A stretch of DNA of 64,000 nucleotides, from assembly GCF_009914755.1 (NCBI RefSeq), contig NC_060936.1; one strand, given 5' to 3'. The notes beneath the pieces are model-generated. The model was not told where the DNA came from. It worked only from the letters and a program-made list of their open reading frames with translations, and searched no databases. Position 1 is the first letter of the stretch, and each line of letters begins with the position of its first letter. The translations under genes and the position numbers were made by a program. Positions 12,853 through 26,084 of the stretch are shown one piece after another. This stretch comes from the human T2T-CHM13v2.0 reference genome, Homo sapiens.

Positions 12853-13045
12853 AGAGAGTTAGTCTAATACAAAGTACTTTATCATCAGTGAAAGCAGAAT
12901 TCCCTTCTTGATTTTAAAAATCTTTTTAATTTCAGTATTTTGACAAAAGAGAGTTAGTCTAATACAAAGTACTTTATCATCAGTGAAAGCAGAATTCCCT
13001 TCTTGATTTTAAAAATCTTTTTAATTTCAGTATTTTGACAAAAGA
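12853..13045. repeat. Perfect 95-bp tandem duplication (2 copies plus 3-bp AGA overlap)
   Basis: AGAGAGTTAGTCTAATACAAAG...TTTTGACAAAAGA starts at 12853 and at 12948; identical by eye. Confidence 0.95.
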
Positions 13046-13249
13046 TAAATGTGGAATTTATTTGAGTAATAGGTACACTATATTTAGGATTGATGGAACA
13101 AATATTTTTCTTCTCAATTTTTATTCCTAATGATAACAGTAACAATAAAAAGGGGGAAGACCAGTTATTAAAGCCAGAGTAGAGCTGTGAAATACAATAT
13201 AGTTTGTACTAAGTATATGTAGAAGGCCTAATGCAGGAATTGAGGGGAA

Positions 13250-16200
13250 AAAAAGATTACTGAAAGGAAGGCAATAAAACTAGAAGAAACACAATAGGAA
13301 ACTCTAAGAGTCAGGAAACACAGGCCTGATAAAACAAATCAAAATGAAATGACAATGACAAGATAAAATGGTCACAGAGTTAAATGATTGATATGAACTG
13401 AAAACAGATATCTACAATGTGTGGCTAACATGTCTCTATAAGAATAAAACAGATTGAAATAAAATCAAACTTATAAGAAAAGTATTTTTCTGAAATATAA
13501 TATTATAAGCAAATTTAAAAGCATGTTTTAAATTTGTGTCCTAGGAAGAGTTGACACAAAATTAATCAGTATTGAGATGTATCCTTGAAGCCTCCAGTCT
13601 TTCAAATATTAGAATCTTCAGGACATTCTGGCAAAGTACCAAATTGTATATGAAAGGGGCAAAAATCAAACTAATCTCAGACTTCTTTACTCCAAAATTC
13701 TTTACTCCAAAATGACAGTGATATACAGCCCATAAAAATGTCAAGATATTAAACTCTAACCTAAGATTATCCTTCAAGTAAAAATGTAAGAGTAAAGTAG
13801 TCCCAAACACATGAAAATTAAAACACTATGGCACCTCTAAACTCCTTTTACATAATTGAGTGAATAATAAAATTCTAAATGAGAAACACATCCAAAAAAG
13901 AGTTCAGAAGTGAAGAAGTAGTTCTAAAGCCATTTAAATACATAATGTAGCCCAAAAAATAGCAATAGTTAAGATAACAGAAAATAATATAAAAGTTATA
14001 AACTTTAAATGTATGAAAATTTTAAAATAAAAAAAGCAGGAGGTGAAAGCATAAAAGAAAGGCAAGTAGAAGAAAATATATCCACTGTTTTATTTATTAC
14101 AAGTATTAAATAGAGGAATCATAGAAGTTTAAATATATTACTAAAATATGAAGTTTTTCGTAAGAACATAAAAATACTAAAATAAGCCATCGAAAGATGA
14201 GAAGCAAAATATATATAAGCTAAAGCAAAAACATGGATAATATAGTAAATGATAGAAATGGGAAATATTTAAAACACAAAATCTAACATAAATTAAAATG
14301 ATAAATTGAGGAAAAATTGTTATATCACTAATTGTACCCGTTATAAATTAATTTAGCAAATAAAAAGTATTACCAGAAAATATATCTGATAGAATACATA
14401 AACTATACTTAAATAATTCTAAAACAAATTGATATTTAAATCTCTGAATAAAAGTAAAACTGTAACTATAAACAGATGAAGCAAATGCCAAAAATTAATA
14501 ATTAAGAAAGCAGTGATTCAGCTAAGAGTATATGTACAGGTTGAATTTACAGCAAAAACTTCAATACAAAGGAAAATTTTATAAAGATTAAACAATGCAA
14601 TTCCAAATGATCTCTTTAGCATGCATATTTCTATACCAAATAACATAGAATCAAAATCTAGAGAAGAATGCTGCAGGAAGCAAAAGTAAAAATAGAAAAA
14701 TCTGTCCTAAAAGATATATGTATCCTTAAATGTTTTCACTTCTTTCAATACAAGACGAAGTAAACAAAAACATTTAAGAATATAAATAATATTATTAAAA
14801 TAAACTAAAAAAAATTAAACTACATCCTAAAATAAAACATCAAGTTCCCATGAAACATTGACCAAATATTAGTTCCTAAAGGACACTTTCTTAAATTCCA
14901 ACTGTTGAAATAGCAAGGACGACTGCATTCTGTGACAACTATGCAAAAAAACTAGGGATAAATAACCAAGATGAAAAAACTCAAAATCCAACCACATCAA
15001 TCTAAAATAAGAAATTTATTTTTTATTTCACAAATTAGATCAAGGGGGAAAGCAGAAATTAAAGGATTGCTGGGAATTAATGGTAATTTCAAACATTACC
15101 TATAAATTAAAATACTGTATTTTTATTGAGAGCTTTTAGTAGTAGAGTCTGTGCAAAAAGGAAAATGCAAACAGATAAGAAATGTAGGAATTCATAAATT
15201 ACATGTTGTATCTTAAACAAGAAAAAAATCCATGAAAGGTAAGGAAATAAAAAGAAGAAATAAATAGTTGCACAGAAACTGGTGATCAAGAATACCATCA
15301 AACTATAACCAACACATACAAGTTTGCTTCCTTCAAAAGAAAAGTGGAGCAGTAAGTAACATAATGTAGAATAAAGGGGTGAAGCCCAAATGCAGATAAT
15401 TTATACTAAAAAAGGGAGAAAAAACATCAAACATTTATAAGACATAAAAATAAGTAAACAAAGAGCACTTTGATTAAATTTATGCAATCCTTGGTTTGTC
15501 TTTTTCTCAGAACATATAAATTAGGCAAATTGACTTCAGGTTAGATAAACAGACCAACTTTTTGGTTAGAGAATAAGAAAGGTTGTCAAACAGCAGTCCT
15601 TTGCCCTCTCCAAATATATACACATACAGAGCACTAGGGCATTTTTTCTCTGGTGAATTCTACTAAGCCTTCAAAAACATAAAATTCTTATATTATTAAT
15701 ACCAGTGTTCTCAAACTTACCAATCATTTGGAGATGTTATTAAAATACAGATTCTGATTCCATTGATTTGGGTGGGATGTATGATTCTAGCAAGCTCCCA
15801 GGTGATGCTGATGCTGTTAGTTAACAAGCCACATGTTGAATTGGAGAGGTTTACATTGTTTCATTACCTAGAGAAAGAAAGCTTCCAAGCACGTTTTACA
15901 AAGTGTACTCTAAAATTGATATTAAAAGCTTATACATATATTCCCTAAAAGACAACTACAAAACAGTTTCTGTTATAAATATTGATGGTATTAATACTAA
16001 GGCAAAATAAAATATTTACAGATAGAATCAAGTTGGTTATTAAAAGAAACACACAACATGATCAAATAGTGCAGTTCTACTAAAGTCCCCATGGTTTGGT
16101 GTTAGCAAAGACGTTAATAAAATCTACCATATTACCAGGTGAAATGAGAAAAACTTATTATCTTCATAGATGCTGAAAAAACATTTGATGAAATTCACCA

Positions 16201-17100
16201 CACGTTACTTATTTTTAAAAGTCTAAGTAAAATTAAAATTATAGATTAAAACTGAATGATAAAATTTAAAAAGTCTCATTAAAATTAGAAACAAAACAAG
16301 GATTTTTGCTATCACCATACTTATTGTATATTGGGTTTCGATGACTGTGAAATTAGGCAAAACAGTATCAGATACTTTCAAAAGAGAAGGAAAAATGTAC
16401 CATTATTTGTAATTGATGTAAATGTAATACAACTGGAAAACCTGAGAAAATTAATTGAAAATCACTAGACCTTTAGTTTATGATAAAGTTTGCATTTCAA
16501 ATCAGTGGAGGAAATATTTCAATACTTGTGTTGGGATTACTTGCAGAGGCATATCTTACAGAGCCTAATCCTTACTTTACCTTGAGCAAGAACAAATGCT
16601 AGATAGAGAAAAAGTGCAAATGTAAAACAAACTAACAACAAAAAGCAAACAATAACTACCTGAACACCCCCAAAGCAAGTAAATATTTATACACACATGT
16701 AAACAAACAACCTAAAAGCAGCAGGAAAAAAAGATGGACTTCTTTTTCTGTAAGTCATAACTCTTTTATGCATTTTATAACAGAGAAGCTGCTGAGAAAA
16801 AAAAAATTGAATTATTTGACCAATTAGAAAGTCAAAACTCTTGAATAGTAAAAGTATCCAAAAAAAATCAAAAGACGTGGAAACTGGAACATATTTGTAA
16901 CACATAAAAAAACAAATCTTCTAATGCCATATTGGCAAAGATTAAAAGATTATATAACAAAGGATGACCATCTTGCAAATAGATTGTGCTACAATCATAT
17001 AATGTTACATGATTACTGCCATTACAAGAATGCAACATATTTATATATGCTGCTATGAAAATATCCACAGAATATTGTATTTGTCCCAGCAGGTAGAAAC
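13250..17100 (+). mobile_element. Very old, degenerate L1M (ORF1/ORF2-derived, A-rich)
   Basis: Strong A skew; AAAAATCAAACTAATCTCAGACTTCT (ORF1-like), ATAGATGCTGAAAAAACATTTGATGAAATTCA (RT DAEKAFD motif); boundaries approximate. Confidence 0.65.
15701..15850. mobile_element. MER5-family hAT-Charlie fragment
   Basis: CAGTGTTCTCAAACTT..TTAAAATACAGATTCTGATTC..CAAGCTCCCAGGTGATGCTGATGCTG. Confidence 0.75.
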
Positions 17101-17329
17101 AAATACCCAAGTTGAATCTGGAATAATTTGTAGTCAAAGGAAGAGAACCTAGAGGGGAGACATTTTGAAAACAGAATCAGCAAAGTAAAGGAAGAAGTAA
17201 AAAATATTCTGAAATTTTTCAGCCTTAGTGACTGGGATAATTATTATTATTATTATTAAAACCTGAAAGAAAAGTTTATTGTTATTAAAGTAATACAAAA
17301 AGAGTACCAGGTATTGGCAAAATCTGAGT

Positions 17330-17552
17330 ATTTCGAAGCCAGACTTTGATTCTCACGCTGTTACTTACTGGCTGTGCGACCTTACGCAGGTTATTATTTT
17401 TTCCTCTGTACCTCTTTTTCTCATCTTTGAAAGAGGGTAAGTATTCACAGAATTGTTTGATTTACAGCTCTAAGGATTAAAATAGTTAATATTATAAAAG
17501 TGCTAAGAAGAATGCCTTGCTTATAGTACATGTTAAGTATCTGTTAGCTATT
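17330..17552 (+). mobile_element. MIR
   Basis: GCCAGAC..ACTTACTGGCTGTGCGACCTT..TTTCTCATCT..AGGATTAAA..AAAGTGCT..GTTAGCTATTA. Confidence 0.75.
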
Positions 17553-17640
17553 AATATTAAAACAAATTATGGGGTGCTGAGTATGAAATACTACTTGAGC
17601 ATTTAGGTCCTGAGGTACAGAAGACAGAAATGCTGGGCTA

Positions 17641-17883
17641 GGCTGGATGCTTATGCCTGCAATCTCAGCACTTTGGGAGGCCAAGGCAGGTGGATCACTT
17701 GAGCCCAACAGTTTGAGAACAGCCTGGGCAACATAGCAAAACCCTGTCCCCACAAAAAACAAACAAACAAACAACAACAACAACAAAAAAAAAAACGCAA
17801 AAATTAGCCGGGCATGGTAGCATGCACCAGTAGTCCCAATTCTCTCTCAAAAAAGAAGAAAAAAAAAGAAAAGAAAAGAAAAA
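17641..17883 (+). mobile_element. AluJ-like element with most of the right monomer deleted
   Basis: Left arm, expanded A/C-rich linker, right arm jumps from TAGTCCCA to TCTC-tail; TSD AGAAATGCTGGGCTA (17626-17640) / AGAAATGCTAGGTTA (17884-17898). Confidence 0.92.
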
Positions 17884-18231
17884 AGAAATGCTAGGTTAGA
17901 TCTTGGCATACAGACCAGAGTAATAGATATGTTTGCCTAGACTGAGGAGTTTCTCAGGATGGCTGACTCTCAGGGCAAAAACAAAGTTACCCTATCATTA
18001 CTTGGAGTGGGGAGAGACAGTGCTCAGCACCAAGGTAGATTTTCTAGGCTGAAGCAACTTGTGGAATCTCACAAGTTGATGTTATTTCAGCCTCCTTTCA
18101 GAAGACGTTCTCTAATGACAGAAGGCACTTGCCAAATCATCTTCTAGGGAGAATGAAGGGGGAATCATGGTCTTGGGGTAAGATTCCAAAACCTAGCTGT
18201 ATAATTTCCTCATGCTGGAATTGTGTCCCCT

Positions 18232-18708
18232 GGTATTAGTCAGGATTGTCCAGAGAAACAGAACCAATAGGAATATCTAGATATATTAAGAGAGGGTTAT
18301 GGTGGGAATTGGCTCACATGACTATGGAGGATAAAATGTCTCATGATATGTTGTCTGCAAGTTGGAGATCCGGGAGAGCTAGTGGCATAATTCAGTTTAA
18401 GTCCAAAGGCCCAAGAACAAGGAGCTTTTATACCCAAGGGCAGGAGAAAATGTAAGTACCAGCTCAGTAAGAAAGAGCTTGCACTTCATCTGCCTTATCT
18501 GATCAGGTCCTGCTACAGATTGGATGATTGGATGGTGCCCACCCACAGCTGATAAAGGTGGATCTTGTTTGCTCAGTCTGCTAATTCAAACACTAATCTG
18601 TCCTGGAAACACCTTCTCACAGACACACCCTGAAATTGTATTTTACCAGCTATCTGGGCATCCTTTATCCCAGTCTGTTGACACACACGAAAAAAATTAA
18701 CCATCATA
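18232..18708 (-). mobile_element. MLT2-family (ERVL) solo LTR
   Basis: TATTAGTCAGGATTGTCCAGAGAAACAGAACCAATAGG...TTGACACA..AAATTAACCATCA. Confidence 0.88.
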
Positions 18709-21594
18709 GTCTTGATTGAATGATCAGGCCTTTAGTAACTAAGTAGATAGTTGTTGATTTTACTTCTATGTTAGTTGGTCTAAATGTGTCCTTGAGAATT
18801 ATTAAACATATTAATTTTTTTAATGCAGTATTCTTTAAGCTCTTAGAATATCTGAGAAAGAAGCAACTTAATTAAAAATCAGCATCTGTGATTAGGAATG
18901 TGTTGTTCTTCCTGTCCGTGGAGTTTTAAAACACGTCCTCTTCCATCCAAGTTACACAAGCCTCACTCAGTTCTTGAAATCTCTCAAGAATTGCTGTTTA
19001 TTTCTTTAGGGTGTTCCCCCACCAGGATCCCACAAGGTGAATTTTGTGTCTGTTAGAACATCCCAAACAAACCACAATAATTTACTCTAGCCAATATTCC
19101 ATGATGGGTCATCAAATAAGTGACGAAGGTGACAGAAGTTTATATATATTTCTTGACCAAGAGTATTTGAAATTTCCCATCTCATGGAAATTCTTCTTTT
19201 CCATCAGTCTAGTGAGTGTGTGGTATAGTTTACCTTCTATGCCTAAGTACACACAAAACTTAGGTGAGGGAAACTAGATAAAATTTATAAAGTTTACCAA
19301 AATGTTGGTGCCAGGAGGTAGAGGGTGAGGTAATCATTCCAACTTAGTCTCTATTTTATATCGCCTCACTTATCTGAGGAGAAACATCATAGAATTTTTT
19401 TTCCATACAAAGCTCAAGGTGACTTTGTGCTGCAGGTTATTATATTTTAATCTCCAGATTAGATGCTTGAATACAATACAATCTGAAAAAAATTATATGT
19501 ACAATGTTTAAAAGAATTGATAAGAAAGGTTATGTTTAGGTGAAGTTGAAAAAGGTCAACAGAATTGTGATTCAGTGTGGTAAACTTAATATATATGCAC
19601 GAAAGAATGGCCACAGAAATGTTCTTTTTCCTACAAAATGTTTATTTATTTACTATTTTACACTCGTGGGGGAAAAGTCCTAAATTTGAAATTGTCAATA
19701 GTGTCATTTACTATTAATAGATTCACACCACACTCCTAGATTAACTTTTAAACATATTTTCTGACAAATTGTAGGCTGGTACTGATGACCTAGTTTCAGC
19801 AGTGAATAGCTGCCACTCAAATTTCTCAAGAGAGAACAAAAACTTCATATTTAAAAATACAGAATTTCTCAGTACTGTATAGCAAAAATGTTTATGGACA
19901 GAACCATGTAAATTATCATCATTTTTAAATATGTCTGAAAGATCCCTGTTAGAAAATACTCAGAGAGACAGCAATCTCTTAATACAAATTGAATCACCAG
20001 TAGTGTACTCATATTGTGACATTATCAAAGCATGCAAGATAGAGTATTTTGAGCATTGAAGAAGATACCATATTTCAATGTATGTAGCAAATATTAATGT
20101 ATAATAGCTTAGTATAAACCAGGCTGATATGGAGCAAATAGTTCTCTTAAAAAAAAGCTGATGTGAAAGGAAGCAGTGAAGCAACAAAAGTTGATAATTC
20201 TTCATAAGGCAATTTAACGTGATAAGAATTGGCATTCTTTTCATCGCAAAAATGCTTATAAGAAGTAATAATTGTGGAAGCATGAGAATTTACTGCAATA
20301 AGCTGAACAAAATGCTTAAAATTCAAAAATACAATTCACCCCAAAGAACTTCAGATTAAAAATGAAAAACTGCTCAGAATATACATATTTACACTTATCT
20401 CTTGTAGAGCATATGTTTCCTTCCAAGCTACGCAGGGATTTACCATTTGCCATGTTTTCACAGATTAAATATTGTTAAATACTCCAAGGCACAGTTCATA
20501 GCTACTTTCAAGATTAAAACTAATTAAAAAATCTGTTTTAAATACATTCTTATTATTTGACACTTTAGTGGGTCTAAATCATATAAAGACAGTCAATTTT
20601 ATTTTTCTATACTTCAATACTACAAATGTTAGTGTAGTGAATATTAATACGATCAATTGCAAAACATCTAATTCAATTATATATCCCTTTAATTCTGTAC
20701 TAGATACTTTTACAAAGTTGGTAGAGATATTAGAGTCTTGAGTATTCTTTTTACCTCACTTTTCCTCTTCTATGTACAATTATGTGTTTATGTTTTTATC
20801 ACTTTTTGCTTTTTTCCCACTATTCCTTATAAAAGCAAGCAATAATTTTAAAATATATAGGGTCCTCTGTGTTTAACTTTAATCTTTTCTTCTGCATCTT
20901 AATAGTAATAATACTACATTTGAAATTCAGGGTATAATATCTTAAGTGGTATGTCTATACAATTTCCTTAAGGTAATTACACTGTAAAATTATAATACAT
21001 GCATTGGTACTACAAACTACAAATAGCCCAAACTGTATTCTGGTTTGTTTATGCTTATTTTAATAATCTTGCAATACATTATTTTTATGTACAAATTATT
21101 TTTGCTTGGCCTGTCTGGGCTAATATTGACATGTGTAGTATATGTTTATGCTAAAAATAAGAAGCTCAACCCTTAAAAATACATCCACTACACCAAAACC
21201 CAAAAATCACTTTTACAGAAACCTATCAATTAATGGGCTTATATCCAAACATCCAATGTAAGACATCAAGTATTTAATAAGTTAGGATTATATAGTTTGA
21301 TTCAATAGAGACTCATGTCACATAGATATTGTATAGATACTTTACTGAGATTTTTCATTTTTCTTGTAATGGACTCCTTTGCTTAACAGTGTTCTGGGTT
21401 ACAATTACTGTGTTCATGTTGTATATGGAAGAACAGATCCAGAATTACTTTATGAGAGAAATCATAATCTTATTCCTAGACAGCCCTCCACTCAGCTATG
21501 GAAATAATTTTGAAGTCTAAGTAGGCTCTTGAATGAACTACAGAAGATAGCCACCTTCCTCCTGCTGCCCTTTCTCCCAGCTCAGCTTCTAGCT

Positions 21595-21737
21595 GGGTTC
21601 CAGTTTCTTATCTTAAAGTAAAAATACAACTAGTGCTTACCTCATAGAATTATCATGTTGATTAGATAAAATATTTAAAGCGCTGTGTGCCAGACAGTAT
21701 GTAGCATTCAGTAAATTCTCAATAAATATTAGCTGTT
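21595..21737 (+). mobile_element. MIR fragment
   Basis: CAGTTTCTTATCT..TACCTCATAG..CTCAATAAATATTAGCTG. Confidence 0.6.
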
Positions 21738-21928
21738 TAGATAACTGCATATTAACATAGTAAAAGCTCTAAGAAGTCCTTTAGTGAAGACATTTACTTT
21801 GCTTAACTTTATCTCAACATTTCCTTATCTTATTAGAGCCTATTTACAACCCACTATTGACTTTGGAAACAGGCTATTTGACAGGTATGCTGCCTGCCTG
21901 GCCACGTTGTTTTGCCCTTTTGAGGTAG

Positions 21929-21930
<2 letters not shown>

Positions 21931-21990
<60 letters not shown>
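21931..21990. repeat. Compound microsatellite (GT)21(GA)9
   Basis: Direct reading. Confidence 0.97.
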
Positions 21991-22290
21991 AAGATAGAAT
22001 TGTCATTTGCCATTATGCCACTGGCCAAGTTGAAACATATTTTATAAAAACATAACTATGATACTTCCTGTTTTAGATATTGAAGAGTTCAATTTGGTGA
22101 CATTGCTCCCTACATTATACATTGTATCCTCCTTATAGGAATCCTCTGCATTAATTGTTCCTCTATATCAGATCAATGAAAAGCAATAGTCTCTTTATGA
22201 TGTAACTTTTTAAAATTAATTTTTAATAGACTACTAACTATAAGCAAATAATTTAGAGTCTACATAGCAAAGTATTTTTGTTTTCTTTTT

Positions 22291-22369
22291 CGTGTCATCC
22301 TTGCACAGGGGCCATGCTAATTGTCTCTGTATCATTACAATTTTAGTATATTACTGCTGAAGCAAGCAT
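22291..22369 (-). pseudogene. RNU6: U6 snRNA retropseudogene, 3'-truncated (U6 nt ~1-80)
   Basis: Reverse complement ATGCTTGCTTCAGCAGTAATATACTAAAATTGTAATGATACAGAGACAATTAGCATGGCCCCTGTGCAAGGATGACACG aligns to U6 (ACAGAGA box present); short A-rich tract; TSD GCAAAGT(C)ATTTTT on both sides. Confidence 0.95.
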
Positions 22370-22629
22370 GCAAAGTCATTTTTTAATGATAGCTTTAACA
22401 TCTACACTACTCAGAATAAAAATAACATTTTATTCCTTATTTCTAGCAGGGTCTCTGTCAACTAGTAGGAAACCATTAAGTGCTTTCCTAATAAAATAAT
22501 AAAAGCAGTTAACAATCACCATATTTATTTCATCTAGATAATTATGTTTGTAGTTATAATGCAAATATTCTAAGAAAATTATTTATATTGTTTAAAAACA
22601 GCAGGTTGTATCATATTTTACACTTGAAG

Positions 22630-23230
22630 CGGCCTATGAAAATCCAGTCTCTACCGCGCTGCTCTCCACCACCTGACCTCTTCCCAAAATGTCTCGACTT
22701 TGTTCAGGTTTCTCTACTTCTTTGCACTCAAAGAATTCGACCCATCCCTGGTAGCAGGAAGTGAATCCTGATTTGTCTAAGCTAGCAGATGGAGGTTCCA
22801 TTCAACCAACCAATAATTTTAAAGTATGGGAATAGTTTGTAGTTCTGGCCAATTGTATGAGAAGAAAAATATATTGGGGGAACACTTGGAAAATTTCCTT
22901 CACTTTTTAAAATCAGAATATAAAAAGAGTTAATCTCCTTTGCTGGTGGTTATCGTTGCCATGTCTGGGTGTGATGTCTGGAACTCTGGGTAAGTCAAAG
23001 AGCAAAGTCAGTAAGTGTGGGGGTCGGCGGTAGAGCAGAGATACCAGAATAAACTAAGTTGTTCATTTTCTTTTCTCATCACTGGAATAACCAATCCTGA
23101 AGTTGTCCTTTCCTGTTATTTTCTGAGTTTCTTAAGTAGTGAATTAGTAAATTTTCAAATAAAACCCAACTAAGGCTATTGAAACCGTGATTTTCTGTCA
23201 CCTGTAGTTGGAACATCCTAACTGCCATAC
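22630..23230 (+). mobile_element. Old MaLR LTR (MLT1J/K-like)
   Basis: TTCTGGCCAAT..GGGTGTGATGTCTGGAACT..TTTTCTGTCACCTGTAG..CATCCTAACTG. Confidence 0.65.
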
Positions 23231-24320
23231 TCATCTGGCTCCCAACACTTTTACTTGGAATTTTAAATCACCAAATGTACTTTTTGTATTTTAAACTTGT
23301 TATGTGTGATACTTTTACTTTCCTCTTATTTCACTAAGATTACAGATGCTAGACAACCCTTCTCTCAGATTCATTGGCATTTTGTTAAATTGAATTTCTT
23401 TTGCCTATCTTGAGAAATGTTAATCTGAATAGAAATGCTCTATTTTTAAACAGAAACACTTGTTAAAGTTACACTTCTAGAATACATAAATGTGTGGAAA
23501 CTTTAGAAGCGATGAACACTTTTCCCTGATAAATGTCCCACTATTTTTGATTCATGGTGATTTTGTTTTCTTCCACATATATTAAAAACACAGAACATTT
23601 CAGTCTCATACTTTGGCAAATCTCAAGTAAACACTCCAGAACTGGCAAACTGATTGCAATCGAGATATTCTTTACAAATATCTTTAATTGCACATTTCAA
23701 AACTAAGTCCTCCTGAGCTTGAAATTTCTCTCAAGAGAATGTATCATGTGGAGTTTAGTAGAAGGGGCAAGCGCTTGCATTGCTCCTTATTCCTCATAGT
23801 GGTATTTGTATGTCTCGGTATTTTGGATTTGAATATCCTGCTGGAATCTGTCTTTACTTTTCTGCTTGTGAAACATACTAAATAAGGTAGAGGCTATTTC
23901 CCTGTAGGAAAAAATAAGCCAAAGGCAATGAATTCTGTCTTTATCTTGTAACGTATCCTTCCCATTAAGAGAAATCCATTATATCAAATATTACGTACAC
24001 TGACAGCTGAAATAAAAATTTTTATTGGTTTAGTTTAGGGATTTGAGAAAAGAAAAAAAACTCATCCACCAGATAATTCTAAACTGGTAGCATTTTTATT
24101 CAATTGTGACATGATTAATTTTTTATCCATGCTAAACTTCTTCCACCAATTTCGATTTGCAAATTCAAATGAGTGTCAATAGACTGAAGCTTTATTTGTA
24201 TGACTTCCTTTTAATTACCAATTTCACACATAGATAGACAATTGATGAAAAGTAGAGACAATGTCTTTGAATAAAGACAGATGAAAACTTTGTACTTAAG
24301 TAACTATGGGAATTACTAAT

Positions 24321-24350
24321 TGAGTCAGCAAATAAAAATTTGAGTCACCA
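24321..24350. promoter_or_regulatory. Paired AP-1 motifs; the first is ARE/MARE-like
   Basis: TGAGTCAGCAAAT at 24321 and TGAGTCA at 24341 in apparently unique sequence; motif match only. Confidence 0.3.
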
Positions 24351-24619
24351 TTAGGATCGGATGAAATTTTTTTCTGTGCAGTTACTGATATGTGTGTACT
24401 TACTTATTGCTAAACACAGTTTCTTCAGAAGTTGGTCAACTACTTTAGAAAGAAAACTTGCATATTCTCAGGGAGCCTATGCTATAAAATCCAATTATAA
24501 TTTTTCTCCCAACAAAATTTTAGATTTCCGAAAAAATACATTCATAAGAATTTTTTTAACCATATTTGTTGAAGCCTAAACTTCTGGAGTTTACAAATAG
24601 ATTTTTGTTTCACCAAATG

Positions 24620-24845
24620 TCTTCCAAAAGCAATAATAGTATACAAAATGTAATTGCATACTCATGGAAAAGGGTCTGTGTTCAAAGTAATTTTGTAAAC
24701 AAAGCCTAAACAAAGTTATACTACAGAACTTCTACTGCAGGACTTCTCCAAGCTTTTAAATTGATAACGTTTATTGTACATATCAAAAAGGGGATAACAG
24801 AGATAGTATTTTTCATACTTGTTTCACCTTGGAATCCTACTGGCC
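24620..24845. mobile_element. MER103-like hAT-Charlie fragment
   Basis: TAAACAAAGTTA..CTACTGCAGGACTTCTCCAAGCTTTTAA..GGGGATA. Confidence 0.6.
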
Positions 24846-25734
24846 ACATGCAGGCACGTGTGTGTGTGTGTGTGGCGGGGGATGTGTGTTGTTAGGCATC
24901 CATCACTGTGTTTCAAGATATCCTGTAAGACACAACTTAGGAAAATAAGAAAAAGTATCAAGATGAGTGTCTTTAGTTTATTCTCACAACTTTGGGGAAA
25001 CCTGAGTTGATTAAATAATGATGAAATATGTAAAGTTTACTTAATGGGGTACATTTGTACATGGGTGTTTTATTGATTTAAATATTGCTATAAGCTGTGA
25101 CTCTAAAATTTTTTATCAATGTTTAGTAATTTTTTCTTATTAAACTTATACAAGGCCTTAGTCTCATAAATTTAGAAAGCATTTGAGCCATGTTTATATA
25201 TTAGTACATTTTTCCAGTGTTTGAAGGAAATGTCTTCTCTTTAGTATACTAGGATGTTTATTAAGCGATGGCTTCATGTAATACAAAGATTAATATAATT
25301 TGTAAAATTAAATATCTTGGTCATTTACTCCCATATTTCTGGCACTTGTAATGAAAGAAAATGCATAGTCCTTCCTTCCCCACAATACATCATTTGCTTG
25401 TCAAGAAGTATTTTTCACTATAAACAAATATTACTATAAACAAAATACCTTGAATTTATATTTAAGAAAATCTCTTTTAGCTCTCTTATTTATGAACTAG
25501 CCATCTACTTCTATTTAGCCATCTGTCGTCATATCTTTGGTGAAGGAACATCTTTCAATTTTCTGCAAAGGACTAAACCTACTGGAATCATGTTCCTTCT
25601 CTCCAGATAACTTTAGCGTTCTCCCTGGGATTGCAGAATTAGCTGGTCTGCCTTTGGTCTCTTCACCTGGGTGAACACATTTCATTAGTTTGTTAGAAAA
25701 TGCTTCAATAAATTTAACTCTCCTTTTCCTTTTT

Positions 25735-26026
25735 TTTTTTTTTTTTTTTGAGACAGAGTCTTGCTCTGTTGCACAGGCTGGAGTGCAGTGGCGTGATCTC
25801 GGCTCACTGAAACTTCTGCCCCCCAGGTTTAAGCAATTCTCTGCCTCAGCCTCCAGAGTAGCTGGGATTACAGGTGCGTGCCACCTGTAAAAAATTTTTT
25901 GTATTTTTAGTAGAGGTGGGGTTTCACTATCTTGGCCAGGCTGGTCTTGAACTCCTGACCTCGTGATCCACCCACCTCAGCCTCCTGAACCACTGGGATT
26001 ACAGGCGTGAGCCACTGTGTCCGGCC
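25735..26026 (-). mobile_element. Alu (AluSg/Sc-like)
   Basis: Full dimer with CCTGACCTCGTGATCC; TSD TCCTTTTCCTTTTT at 25721-25734 and 26027-26040. Confidence 0.97.
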
Positions 26027-26084
26027 TCCTTTTCCTTTTTAACTTCAGTGATTTGCTTAATACATTATTGAGACGTGATCAACT

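Noticed and set aside
17918-17995. Possible MER81-like hAT fragment
   Set aside because: Similarity is too degenerate to support by eye.
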